Notes: generated by a model from the letters alone, not told the origin. DNA of 64,000 nt from Blastocladiella emersonii ATCC 22665 (GCA_025594325.1 JANHCV010000016.1:124001-188000); one strand, 5' to 3'; shown: positions 9,170 to 21,541, numbered from the stretch's first letter. Numbers and translations: made by a program.

Positions 9170-11159
9170 TTACAGCTTGGCCTTCTTGGGGGCGGCGGCA
9201 ACGACGGCCTCGAAGGCGACGCGCATGTCCTGGAGCGCCTCGGTGAGGTAGTGGCGGAACTTCTCGTTGCCGAGTTTCTGCGACACGATGTTGACGTGGA
9301 CCGACTTCTCCTTGATCATGTAGGCGAGGCCCCAGCCGTCGGGGACCACCTCGCCCCAGCCGTAGCCGTCAAAGTACTCGGACGTGAGCTGCGACGTGGA
9401 CATGTTCCAGTGGCACGACCGCGCGTACGCCGCGTCCGTGAATAGCGCGGGCTTGGGCTCGCCGGGCTGCAGCGACAGGCGCAGGCCGAGCAGGTGGCGG
9501 TCGACGCCCTTGCCCTCGGACGCGTCCTTCATGTACTTGCCGTGGTACGCGATGGCGGCCTTGGCGAGGGCGACGCGCTCGGCGGCCGGGGTCGCGGGGT
9601 TCTCCATGGCGTGCACGAACGCGACCGACTCGTTGGACACGGACCGGCCCGTCTCGGTGCGGCCGTACGCGAACTTGCGGGTCTGCGCCGACTCGTACGT
9701 GGCGCGGCACACGCCGTACATCTTGTAGTAGGCGAGCTGCAGGGCGAGCTGCACGTACGCGTCGGGGCTCACGCCGAACGTCTTGATGAGCCCCTTGCCG
9801 TAGCCGTCGTAGGCGAGGACCTGGAGCTCGTGCGCGGCCACGACCGCGTCGAACTTGCGCTCGGCCTCGATCACGGCGCCGGCGACGTCGGCGTCGACGA
9901 CAAAGTCGAGGTGCTCGGGCGCGGGGAGGGCGTCGACGTTGGGCGAGGCGGCGCCGTGCTCGACCTTGCCCTTGGCGAGCGAGTCGAGGATCCACTCGCA
10001 CAGGCGGCCGGTCGGGGTGGCGTCCATCATCGAGTGCTCGCCGTTGAAGCCGGCCTTGCCGTTAGCGAAGACAATGAACTGGAGCGACTTGTCGAACCAG
10101 CGGTTGCGGCCGTCGCCGTGCCACAGGGCCCGACCGACCTCCTCGCGGGTGACGGGGGCGGCGTCGTCGAGGCACACGGCGAACACGGCCGACTCGAGCT
10201 TCTCGAGGGCGGCGGCGTTGGCGGGGTTGGCGGTCAGCTTGGCGCGCACGTCGGTCCAGATGTCGCGGTTCTCGGTGGTCAGGGCGCCGAGGGCGAGGCC
10301 CTTGCACTCGCCGGCGAGGGCGACGATGCGGTCGAGCTGGGCGTGGATGTCGGCCGTGGAGAGGACGGCGCCCGTGTTCGGGTCGACGAGGTCAAACACA
10401 AAGAACTGGTTCTTGCGCAGGACGACGACGTGGTTGTGGGTGGCGGGGTCGTAGGTGGCGGCCACGTCCGAGGGCTTGACGGCGACGCGCGACGAGTTGA
10501 ACATGTAGTTGTACTGGACCGAGCACAGCGGGAGGCCGCGGGCCGTCTCGGGGGCGAGCTCCTGCGACACGACCTGCTGGCGGAAGGCCATGGCGGCCTG
10601 GATGAGCTGGGCGGCGCGGTGGGTCTGGCCGCGCACGACGCGGTCGTCGACAAACTGGAAGAAGTAGTTGACGTTGATGACGACGGGGTCGCGGTAGGCC
10701 ATGTAGGCAATGTCGTTCCACCACTCGTGCAGCCACGACGTCTGCTCGGTCGCGGCGCGCTGCTCGAGGCGCGACTGCAGCACCTCGCCCTGGCCGCCGG
10801 GGCGCGCAAACTCGCGCACGGCCGCCTGGGTCGCGGCAAACTCGGCGTCGTTGAGCAGCGGGCGCACCGTGGTCAGGTACTTGTCGAGCGTCTCGGCCAG
10901 CGTCGGCACGGGTAGCTTGGGCATGCCCGGCTGGTGCGCCATGAGCTTGCCCTCGGCGCGGATGTTGGTGGGCGGCACCGTCATGAACGACGACTAAATG
11001 TGCTCCATGGTGTTGGTCTTCTCATGTTCGTGGCGGGCGCGATCGCGAGCGGGCAGCGGAGAAGCGAGCGATCGGAGCGCATGAGGCGGGCGGGTGGAGC
11101 GCACGCACCATGGCACGGGCGTTGGGGCGGAAGCGCTGCATCATGGAGCGCGCAATCAT
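9170..11159 (-). CDS. CAT2: Carnitine O-acetyltransferase; exons 11109-11159 and 9170-10993
   Basis: PKLPVPTL, FNGEHSMMDA (catalytic His), TYESAQTRKFAYGRTET; GTGCGT...TAG intron at 10994-11108; C-terminal AKL. Confidence 0.93.
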
Positions 11160-11711
11160 AGCGAGGTAGGGGGCGTCAAAGACGAGTTGAAAGAGCAAAG
11201 AGGGCGCCTCTTGTAAGGTCAAAGAGAGCGAGAGCGGAGGCGGAGGGGTCGCAACTCAACCTGGCCGTCAGTCGGTCGGCGGTCGGTCGCCCCCAACGTT
11301 CATGCGGAACGCGTTTGCCGAAGCCACGTGGCGTGCCATCATGTGCGTTTTTGGATACGGGCGCCTAGCGACGGGTCACGCCGGGTCGGCTGACGCAAAC
11401 GCCTCACTGCCCTCGCGCGCGCCCTCGCGCGCACGCGTGTTGCCCGCTGGCCGCTGGCCGCCGCCGCCGCGGCCGCCGCGGTCGCGGTCGAGTCGCGTGG
11501 CCGCGCCCCGCAGCCCCACGACGAGATCGACCTACTTGCTACGGAACGCTGCTGCATCACCCGCGACCAGTACTTCCGAGGGATCCCACGGACGCGCCCA
11601 TCTCGTGTCCCCCGCCAGCTCAACGACTCGATCGGCCTCCCGACGCCCGAGCGATCATCCCCGCCCAGTCTACCACGCATCGACGAACCCCACTCGCTGC
11701 ATCTTTCCATC

Positions 11712-14584
11712 ATGGCGCCCACCAACGCCGCCACCACCGACGCCGGCCCTGCTGCCGCCGCGTCCGGTACCCCCGCTACGGCCGAGTCGCGCAAGACCAC
11801 CGTCTACGTCAAGAACCTGCCGACGTCGGCCACGTCCAAGGACCTCGAGGGCTTTTTCTCCGATTTTGGCCCGCTCCGCCAGTGCTTTGTCGTGGCGGAC
11901 GCCAACGACAAGTCCAAGAACCGTGGTTTCGGTTTCGTGCACTAGTACGCGCGCTCATCTTTGAACCGCACCGCGAACGCTCCTCTGACCCTAATCCGCC
12001 ATCTAGCGCCGTCCCCGAGGATGCCGCGTCGGCCATCGCCGACGGCGCCAAGAAGAAGCTGCTCGGCAACACGCTCAAGCTCGAGCTGGCCAAGCCGCGC
12101 GACAGCGCCGAGGACCGCACCAGCAAGCGGCGCGCGCGCGCCGTGGCCGAGGAGGAGTCGGCTGCCGCCATGGTCATGCCCAACGCCAAGAAGCCCAAGA
12201 TCACCGCCAACACCACCGCCCGCCTCATCGTGCGCAACCTGTCGTTCAAGTGCACCCCGGCCGTCCTCAAGGACACCTTCTCCAAGTTCGGCACCATCAC
12301 CGAGGCCCTCATGCCCCGCAAGTTCGAGCCCGCCGGCCCCTACAAGGGCTTCGGCATCGTGCAGTTCACGCGCCGCGCCGACGCCCAGCGCGCCCTCGAG
12401 GAGGTCAACGAGGCCGAGATCTGCGGCCGCAGCGTCGCCGTCGACTGGTGCATCCCGCAGGCCCAGTTCCTCGTCGCCGAGGGCGTCGAGCCCGAGGAGG
12501 TGCGCCGCCGCATCACCGACAAGTTCGCCAAGGGCAAGGGCCGCCCCGAGACCGACCTCGGCGTCGTCGAGGGCGACGATGTCGAGATGGCCGAGGCAGC
12601 TGACACCGCCGATGCCGAGGAGGGCTCGGACAACGACGACGATGCCGATACCGACGGCGAGGATAGCATGGACGAGGACGAGGACGACGTCGAGACCATC
12701 ACCGTGCACGCGCCCGCCGGCAAGGTCCGCCACCGCATGCCCGCCATCACCGAGGGCACCACGTGCTTCGTGCGCAACGTTCCCTTCGACTCGACCGAGG
12801 ACGAGCTTGCCGCGTGCTTTGGCCAGTTCGGCGACCTCGTCTACGTCCGCATCACCCGCGACAAGGACACGGGCAAGTCCAAGGGCACCGCCTTTGCCTG
12901 CTACACCACCAAGGACGCGGCCGACGCGTGCCTCGCCGAGGCCGCCAAGACCAACGACCTCGCCTACTCCATGACCACGACCGCCGGACTCACCGCCTCG
13001 GGCGAGTCCAAGCCCGCGCCCGCCTCGGCCTCGTCGGTCATGGGCTCGTCGCTGCTCACGCCCGAGCTGCCCTCGACGCTGCAGGCGTCAACGCTCGTCG
13101 TGGCCGGCCGCCTGCTCAACGTGACGCGCGCCGTCGACCGCGCGCAGGCGACCACGCTGACGGCCAAGGAGCGCGCCAAGCGCGAGCGCCGCGACAAGCG
13201 CAACACGTACCTGCTCAACGAGGGGTGGCAGGGCGACGTGGGCGACCGCCGCAACGCGCTCGACCGCAACCACGCCCTGTACGTGTCGCGCACGCGAGTC
13301 GCGGTGCGCCGCCTGCCGCTCACGGTCGGCGACCACGCCCTGCGCGCCTACGTCACGGCCGCCGCCCGCACCTACATCACCACGGTCGTCGCCAACGGCA
13401 AGGACGCCGACTGGCCGATCCCCGAGTGGCACCCCGAGAACGAGCCGATCCGCGACTGGACCCGCGAGGCCGCTGCCATCAAGACCATTGTGCGCCAGGC
13501 CAAGATCGTCCGCGCCAAGGACCGCGTCAACCCCGACGGCTCGCTCCGGTCCAAGGGATACGGTTTCGTCGAGTTTGCCCACCACGAGGCCGCCCTCGCG
13601 TGCGTCCGCTACCTCGCCGACCCCGCCTCGGTCGGCGCCAAGCGCATCTTCGCCCAGTTCCTGCGCCAGGCCAAGGCCGACGAGGCCAAGGAGAAGGAGG
13701 AGGAGGAGACCTCGGAGGAGGGCGACGCCAAGTCCGAGCCTTCGTCGGAGCCGACCTCGGACGAGGTTGACGCAGCGGAGACCGACGACGCCGTGGCCAA
13801 GGCCAACGCGCTCGCGGCCGAGGACACGGACGACGACTCGGACTCGGACGATGAGGATGAGGACGAGGACGAGGAGGCCGACGACGCGTCCGACTCGGAC
13901 GACTCGGACTCGGAAGCCGACGACGACGCCCTGACGGCGTCGGACGAGAAGCTGCTCAAGGACAAGACCATCCCCGAGATCATTGTCGAGTTTGCTGTCG
14001 AGAACCGCCAGATCGTCAACATGCGTGACGCCAAGATCAAGCGGTCGCAGGCCCGCCAGCGCGACCAGGCCAACGACGCCACGGGCAACGGCAACAACGA
14101 CCGCCGCGGCGGTAACAACCAGCGCGAGCGGTCTTCCAACTCGGTCGCCGCCGAGCGCCGTGTCGCGGACAAGCGCGGCGGCGCCGCCGGCAGCAGCAGC
14201 GCGCCAGCACGCGGCGGCAGTTTCGCTGGCCGCGGGGGCCGTGGCGGTAGCTTCGGCGGTGCGCGTGGCGGTCGCGGTGGCAGCAGTTTCGGCGGTCGCG
14301 GCGGCAGCAACAGCAGCTTCGGCGGCCGTGGTGGTCGTGACGGTGGTCGCGGCGGCGCTCGCGGTGGATCCAGTCGGGGCGGCAGCGCACCACGCGGTGG
14401 TGCCGCTGGCGGCCGCGGCGGGTTCAAGCGCGAGTTCACCGGCAACAAGTTCAACGGCAACGGTGGCGGCAGCTCGCGCGGCGGTAGCAGCTCGCGCGGC
14501 GCGCCCCGCGGTGGGTCCCGAGGCGGGTTCCGCGGTGGCCGCGGCGGTGCGCGCGGCGGCCGTGGAGCATCATCGCGGGCATAA
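11712..14584 (+). CDS. NOP4: Nucleolar multi-RRM protein Nop4/RBM28; exons 11712-11944 and 12007-14584
   Basis: RRM motifs (RGFGFV, KGFGIV, KGTAFA, KGYGFVEF), acidic tracts, RDKRNTYLLNEG and IVEFAVEN segments; GTACGC...CTAG intron with CTAAT branch site. Confidence 0.9.
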
Positions 14585-14769
14585 CCGCTCGCAGTAGCTT
14601 CTTTCTATCCCTGTCCATAAGATCACTATATACACATCATTAGCTTACCTGTCCAAAGCAGCTCTCACGCGCGTGGTCGTTCCTCTACTCGTTTCATTTC
14701 ATTCAGGGGGAAAAAGTACAGTTCACACTCTGTGGAGGATCACACACAAGATCTGGTCCCTCGTCGGAC

Positions 14770-16279
14770 CTACGCGGCCTCAGCCGACTCGGTAGCCACG
14801 ACCTGGTCGCCGTGCACCGGCGTCACGGCCGCCGCCGCCGCCGTCTTGGACGCCGCAGAAGCGGCGATCTGGGCCTGCAGCTGCGCGATCGTCTCGGCCT
14901 GCGCGTGGACCAGCTTCTCGAGCGCGGCAACGCGCGACTCGAGCGTCACGGGCGGGTTGGCCGTGGTCGGAGTGCGCGCACGCGCCGCCGAGGCCGCGGT
15001 ACCGCGGGTCGAGCTCGCGGAACGCGCCGACGGAGCCGAGGTCGCGGGCTTCAGCGACGAGCGGCTCGCGCGCGTGGTCGCGGTCTTGTCGGCGGCGATC
15101 GAGGCCGACGACGCGGACTTGCGCGGCACGGCCGTCGACGCGGGCGTGGCCGCGGCGGAAGAGGACGCGGTCTTGGGGCGGTGCGCGGCCGTCGTCGAAG
15201 TGGTAGCGGTCGACGGCGCCGACTTGGCGGGGCTGCGCAGCTGGCTCACCTTGGACGGGTCCGGATGCGACGCGGACGACGACGCGGCCGACGACGCGTG
15301 CGAGCCGGCGGCCGACGCGCTGCCCGTCACGGCACGCTTGCGGGCCTCGGACGCCGCGGTACCACTGGACGCGCGTCGCGATGCGGGAGTGTAAGTTTGG
15401 GCTGGTCGGCGTCGCTATTTCGGAGCGGAGAGCGTACCGAGTAAGGTTCGACACGGACGACGAGATGGTCGAGTGCTTGGCCGGGGTGGCCGAGGTCGAG
15501 GTGGCGGCGTGGCCGTTGAGGCCGGTCGTCGAGCGCGTCTTGGCCTTGTTGAGGGTCGAGGTCGCGGCCGTGACGGGCTTGTCCTTGCTGCCGGTCGAGG
15601 CGGTCGTTGAGGTCTTGGCCGTGGCAATCGACTTGCCCGCGGTGCGCACCAGCGGCTTCGTCACCTTGGGCGCGGGCGCCGGGGTCGGCGCGGGAGCGGG
15701 AGCAGCGACGGGGGCGGGAGCCGGAGCGGCGACATCGGCCGCAGCGGCGGGCTCCTTGGGCTCCTCGGCGATGAGCTTCTCCTCCTCGGCGACGACCGAC
15801 TTGACCTCGTCGGCAGCAACGACGCTGTCGCCATCGATGGCAACAGTGGACTCGAGGTCTGTCTCGGCGCCCATCTCGGACTGCTGGTCCTCGGGCAGCT
15901 CGAGGGTGAGCGCGGCGCGCTCCTCGTCGGGCGTGAACGCGCCCTCGTCGCCAGCGACCGAGCCAGCGTACGTCGAGGGCGCGGGGGTCGCGTCGACCGA
16001 GACGACCTCGACGACCTCCTCGTGGGATTCGACGACCACGACCTCTTCGTGCGACTCGACAACGACCACCTCCTCCACGGCCAGTGCGCCCGTGGTGATG
16101 GGGGCAGCCGCAGGCTCGGGGGTCTCCTCGGCCTCGGGCAGCGCGACGGCGGACGCGAGCGCGAGGTCGGCGTCAGTGGCCGAGACGTCGACGTCGGTCG
16201 GGACCGTGGCGAGCTCGGCGTCCTGCTGGTCCTTGGCGTGGTGCTCGACGGCGGTCACGGTCGGCTGCTCAGTGTCCAT
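14770..16279 (-). CDS. Low-complexity acidic, then S/T/A/K-rich protein with a short C-terminal coiled coil; exons 15438-16279 and 14770-15364
   Basis: Two ORFs joined in frame by GTACGC...CAG intron 15365-15437; host-like codon usage. Confidence 0.7.
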
Positions 16280-17641
16280 GGTGGTGATGCGTTTGGGTCG
16301 GGTGCGTCCGCGAGTGTGGGAAGCGAGGAGAGGGAGAGGGAGAAGGGGACGGCCGGCGCGAACGGGCGGGACCGATGGCCAGCTCGGCGCGGCGCGCTAA
16401 AGGCAAGCGGGCACGCCCAAGGAAAACGCGTGGGGCCGATCGCGCACGTGGGCCTCCAAGTGTGGCGCTGCCGGGCAACCGCCCCGCTGACCTCACGCCG
16501 CGGTAAATCAACACGGCCTTTCACTGCACGCTGGCTGGCTGGCCGACTTCCGCCTTCTTAAGCCTGGATCTCGAACTTCGGAGGGCCTCGGTCATCAACG
16601 TCACCATGTAACCCGCCTGCGACACTATGGTACTTTCACTCCCATGCAGCTGTCGCCCTCGTGCTCGACCGACCTCCGCCCCGCACCGCTTCCGTCGTCC
16701 GCCGTGGTGTTGTGGGCGTTGACGATTTCCGCATGCACCACTCTCACTGGGCCAGGGGGCTCCGGATGATGAGGATCAAGGACACACCCACCATTCGTGA
16801 CCACCGAGCCCACCACATCATCTGCGACGGAAGCAGCAGCGGAGTCGAGCGATCGAACCTCTCACGTCTCAACGACCACAGCAACTAACGCTTCTCTACT
16901 CACTCCGTACTTAGTCCCCACCCTCCCCGCCATCACGCTCGCTCCCTCAAATGCGCTCTGCCCGCTCAAGGGTCGTGCGTCTTGCTATTTCTTCACCGGA
17001 TCCTTTGCGATCCACCCACAACGCGGGCGATGATTATTACCTACATGCATCCACCACTCTTAGTTCAAAGATGCTGAACAAACCACCATAGTCAGAATCG
17101 CTAATATTAGCCACGCGTATCGTCTCACGGATCGCTCGCCGACCATGTGTTGCTACTTTCTGTTCCGTCAGCATTGACACTGGGAATCGTGTATGACTTA
17201 ATGATCACCACGCGCATCTGCCTCTCCCACTCAAACGTTCACGCCGGTGGGCTCCCCGTACTTTGCATTGACCACACGATTGATGGGTGTCCGTCTGTCC
17301 TCGAGAACCTCGTCGTGGGAGGCTTCGCCGTCAACCGCCGTGATCGGGCGGTTAATGCGTCGCGAGGTCATGATGTCTCCCTCGGCCACGTGCTTTCTCG
17401 ACGCGTCTCGCACCCGCTCTCACGCGGACGTGCGTCTCCTGAAAGTCTTCTCGCGCCGCACTTGACGCGCTTCAGCTTCACCGGACTGAGCCCCTGCGAC
17501 GACATCCATCCTGAGTAGCCACCGAGTCGCCGTAGCCCGAGACTGCAAAGGAAACCCATGAACTAGAGAGGATAGAGACACGCGCATCACTTGCAGAGCC
17601 TAGACTTCCGATCCCTCCAGCACACCTTTGTCAACGACGGG

Positions 17642-19330
17642 ATGCTCCGCCGCGACTCGCTGTTCGCCGCCTCCACGACCTCGATCCGCGACCCGCCTGC
17701 ACTCGCGCCGCCTCCTCCTGCATCGCCGCCCAAACGTTTCCGCACCGTCTCGTCGTCGACTTCTGCGCACCCGCAGACCATTGCGCTCGGCGCCTTCCTC
17801 GCGGCCATCCGCGCGCAGGCCGAGCGCCACGGGCACTGGCTGATCCCGCGCGACCGCGTCGACCAGCTCGAGGCCGGCGCGCGCGCCACGGGCACGCTTG
17901 ACGAGCTCGTCGACTCGGCGCGTGTACTGGAACTCGCGCAGTCGCTCGACCACGCCAGCGACGACGACGCGATGCGTCCTCCATCAACACCACCCGCTGA
18001 GACGGCCGAGTCGCCGCCCGTCGTTCGCCGTCGCAGCTCTCCCCGCGCGGCCAACGGTGACGGCGACGCGACGGACCGCGACTACTGGATCGAGCAGCTG
18101 CACGCGCGCGACGCCGCCATCCGCGTGCTCGAAGATCGCGTGCGCGCCCTCACGTCGTCCGAGGCCGAGGTGCGGCGGTCGCTCGCTGATGTCGAAGCCG
18201 CCCTCGCCGAGACCACGGCCGCCAAGTCGGTCCTCGCGCGCGACCTCGTCGCCGCCCGTCGCACACTGTCGGCGGTACAGGCCGAGCTCGCCGACGTGAC
18301 GACCCAGCGCGACGTGCACGTCACGGCGGCGCGCGACCTCGAGGCGCAGCTGGGCCGCGTCCGTGCCGCGCACGGCGAGCTGCGGGCGCGGGCAGACGCG
18401 CTCGAGGGGCATCTCGACGCGGCGCTCGCGCGGAACGCGGAGCTCGAGGCCGACGCGGTGGCGCGTGGCGCGCGCGAGACAGAGCTCGAGTCGCAGATCG
18501 CCGCGCTGGTCGCGGACCTGGCGGCCGCTCGCGACCACGCCGATCACTACTCGAGCGACGGCGTGTCCGGGTCGCTGTTTGCCGAAATGGACGTGACCGA
18601 CGCGCACCACCAACCCATCGCCGAACACGAGCCCATCTCGCACCAGCCGTCGACCTTCTCGCTGCAGGCCGAGATCGTGCGCACGTCGGCGCCGACCTCG
18701 CCGCAGGAACTCGCGCCCGCGACGCGCCAGGTGCTCGCCGCCGTCGCTGCCCGCGTCGCCGACCGCCACGCCGCGCTCGGTCTCTCGGACGTGGACGCCG
18801 ACCTGTTCCTCGGGTTTTTGTCAGATGCGGCGGGCATCACGTACTCGGACGTGGCCTCGGCGACCGCAGCGCGCGTCGCGGAAGAGACGGCCGCGGCCGA
18901 CGAGGACGAGGCGCTGCTGCAGGCGTCGTCGTCTTTCCGGCGGACGCGCGAGCGGGATCCATCGGCCGAGCCGAGTCCGGGCAGGTTCCCGATCTCGCGA
19001 CGCAGCCTGCAGGATCTGTTGTGCCCGCCCGCCAGCTCCGAGTCATCGTCATCCGCCCAGGAACCCGAGCAGCGGTCGCTGTGGCGCACCGCGGTCACGC
19101 TCGCCGCGCTCAACCTGCTGTGCCTCGTCGGCGCCCGCGTCGGCCGCCCTGCGCGGGAGGAAGAGCAGTCGTCTTTCGTGGTCGCCGCGCACAAGGCCGT
19201 GGTCCCATTCCGCGGCACCATGTCGTTCCTCAACGGATGGATCGCCGCCGCGGACCCGGACCGCGCGACGCTCACGGACACGCCGGCCATGGAGATGGCT
19301 GCCGTCAAGAGAGATCAGAAGAAGAAGTGA
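17642..19330 (+). CDS. Coiled-coil membrane protein, copy B (identical to copy A)
   Basis: Mirror of 6130..7818. Confidence 0.75.
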   Translation: MLRRDSLFAASTTSIRDPPALAPPPPASPPKRFRTVSSSTSAHPQTIALGAFLAAIRAQAERHGHWLIPRDRVDQLEAGARATGTLDELVDSARVLELAQSLDHASDDDAMRPPSTPPAETAESPPVVRRRSSPRAANGDGDATDRDYWIEQLHARDAAIRVLEDRVRALTSSEAEVRRSLADVEAALAETTAAKSVLARDLVAARRTLSAVQAELADVTTQRDVHVTAARDLEAQLGRVRAAHGELRARADALEGHLDAALARNAELEADAVARGARETELESQIAALVADLAAARDHADHYSSDGVSGSLFAEMDVTDAHHQPIAEHEPISHQPSTFSLQAEIVRTSAPTSPQELAPATRQVLAAVAARVADRHAALGLSDVDADLFLGFLSDAAGITYSDVASATAARVAEETAAADEDEALLQASSSFRRTRERDPSAEPSPGRFPISRRSLQDLLCPPASSESSSSAQEPEQRSLWRTAVTLAALNLLCLVGARVGRPAREEEQSSFVVAAHKAVVPFRGTMSFLNGWIAAADPDRATLTDTPAMEMAAVKRDQKKK

Positions 19331-19363
19331 CTACGAAATAGATGTATTGACTACTCGTCAACT

Positions 19364-21541
19364 CTAGAACGCGATCCCGTCGTCGGTCATGACCGCACCG
19401 CTCTCCCGCGCGCGCTCGCGGAGCATGTTGCGCACGGGCTTCGAGGAGCAGGTGCGCATCGACGCGACCTCGCCCGACGCGAGCCCGCCTGCCGAGAGAA
19501 GACGACGCACGCCGGCTGTCGGCTGGCCGCCGTCCGGGAACGCGAGCTCCTTGTCCATGTCGAACCGGCGCTCGACGAGACGTGCCGCGGACAACGCGTC
19601 GCCGACCGAGTGGCAGTAAAAGATGCCCTCGTCGCGCTTGGTCGCCGTGAACGCCATCTGGATCAGCGTCACGAGCTGGACCAGCGCCGCGAGCCCGACG
19701 AGGATCGAGAGGAACGGGATCATGTTGAACCACCGGCTGCAGCGCATGAACTTTTCGATCGTGTCGGAGCGGCCCGAGCACAGCTTGGTCTTCTTGGGGT
19801 CGGGCAGCGTGATGACGAGGCGCGACACGAGGTACGTGCCGACGCACAGGCCGGCTATGATGCCGAAGATGAGCAGGCGCGCGGCGGTGCTGAGCGGGGC
19901 GGCGACGCGCTGGGCGAACAGCGGGTACGTCGACCTGACGGCCGTCTTGTTCTCGGGGACCACGGACGCGAAACCCTTGCGCGAGTACACCTCCCAGCCG
20001 GCCAGGTCGGTGCCTAGCGACGCATACATGACGAGCTCGGCCTCGTCCTTGCACAGCCAGATCTGGCGGTCGTTCCCGGCCGCGGCGACCGTAGTCGAGG
20101 ACGCGACCACGTCGAGCTTGCCCTTGCCGCCGTACGAGTCGTCGACGGGCACGACCTTGGCGTACTTGGAGATGCCGACCCCGCCGGCGATCAGCGTGCG
20201 ACGGTGGCCGAGCGGAACGCCCTTTTCCGCAGCGCCATACGCGTCCTGGCCGGCGGCCTCGGCGGCGAGATGGTCGTGAGCGAGCGCCGAGTGCGAGAAC
20301 GGGCCCGCGACACGAAGCGAGACCGCGGCGCCCTCGACGGTGCCCATGGCGTAGAGCCTCTTGGTCCACGGGCCGAGCGCGCGGATCATGATGGACACGG
20401 TGCGGTTCTTGGGCGAGTAGGCGGCAATCGAGAACGGGTGCGATGCGGGCGAGACCTCGAGCGGGAATGAAAGCGACAGGTAGCGGCCGGGCTGGTACGT
20501 GTTGGCGAGGTCGACATCGAGCTGGGACATGGGCTGATTCTCGTCGCGCGCGGGGCCGACGGGGATCAGCAGCGCGACCACGTCGTCCGAGACGCGCACG
20601 GCCGTGGCGATCGAGGTGACGGCACCCGCGTGGCCGGCGCCCGCGCCCCACAGGCACGCGATGCGGTCGATGATGAAGAGGGCCATGGGCGGGAGCATCG
20701 GCCAGGTGAAGGCGCCGATGTGCAGGATGGCGAAGGCGCAGGCGGGCATCCACAGCCAATGAATCCACGCAAAGATCTTGAACTGCTTGCGGCGGACGAG
20801 GTAGACCGAGGAGAGGCCGATGAGCACGAACAGCGCCGTGCCGACGGCGCCCGCGTTGTTGAGGATACCGTGGGGCGACTTCCAGCGGAACTCGGCGTCG
20901 AGCTCGCCCTCGGCAATGAAGACCACGAGGTAACCGATCGAGTGGATCACAACCCAGAACATGGACCACCACCCCATGGCGCGATGGAGCACGACCGAGT
21001 GCTCGTACGCGATGCCGAAGGCGGCCTGGAGCGGGGCGAGCGCCGGCGAGCGCATGGCGAAGACGAAAATCCACGCGAGGCCCCAGAACAGCGGGTGCGC
21101 GATGCGCCGCGACACCATCTCGAGGATCAACGTCCACGGCTGGTTGGGCCGCGGGGTGTTGAGCACGTAGACGATGATCAGCGACTGGGCGGCCCACCAC
21201 ACGTTGGCCACGGCGATCAGGATCAGGAGCCAGAACACGGCGCGGTCAGGCGAGACGAGGTTGGTGAGCGGGCGCATGCCGCGCGTGCCGCAAGCCAGGA
21301 CCACGGCCGACGCGAGGAACAGCGAAAGAGCCCAGACGCCGACGTGCAGGCCGTCCGTGTACCAGACCAAACCGTTTGTCGAGATCTGGGCGTTGCGGTT
21401 GACCTTGGCCAGCGTGCGGAACAGGTCGCGGAACAGCGAGAAGAGGTAGGCGATCAGGAGAAAGAAGGTGACGAGGAGCGCGGGGACCCGCGACCCGCCA
21501 GCGTCGGTGGCCGGGCTGCTGCTGCTGCTGCGTGGCTTCAT
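19364..21541 (-). CDS. Ferric reductase-like protein, copy B (identical to copy A)
   Basis: Mirror of 3919..6096; identical translation. Confidence 0.85.
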   Translation of the reverse strand: MKPRSSSSSPATDAGGSRVPALLVTFFLLIAYLFSLFRDLFRTLAKVNRNAQISTNGLVWYTDGLHVGVWALSLFLASAVVLACGTRGMRPLTNLVSPDRAVFWLLILIAVANVWWAAQSLIIVYVLNTPRPNQPWTLILEMVSRRIAHPLFWGLAWIFVFAMRSPALAPLQAAFGIAYEHSVVLHRAMGWWSMFWVVIHSIGYLVVFIAEGELDAEFRWKSPHGILNNAGAVGTALFVLIGLSSVYLVRRKQFKIFAWIHWLWMPACAFAILHIGAFTWPMLPPMALFIIDRIACLWGAGAGHAGAVTSIATAVRVSDDVVALLIPVGPARDENQPMSQLDVDLANTYQPGRYLSLSFPLEVSPASHPFSIAAYSPKNRTVSIMIRALGPWTKRLYAMGTVEGAAVSLRVAGPFSHSALAHDHLAAEAAGQDAYGAAEKGVPLGHRRTLIAGGVGISKYAKVVPVDDSYGGKGKLDVVASSTTVAAAGNDRQIWLCKDEAELVMYASLGTDLAGWEVYSRKGFASVVPENKTAVRSTYPLFAQRVAAPLSTAARLLIFGIIAGLCVGTYLVSRLVITLPDPKKTKLCSGRSDTIEKFMRCSRWFNMIPFLSILVGLAALVQLVTLIQMAFTATKRDEGIFYCHSVGDALSAARLVERRFDMDKELAFPDGGQPTAGVRRLLSAGGLASGEVASMRTCSSKPVRNMLRERARESGAVMTDDGIAF

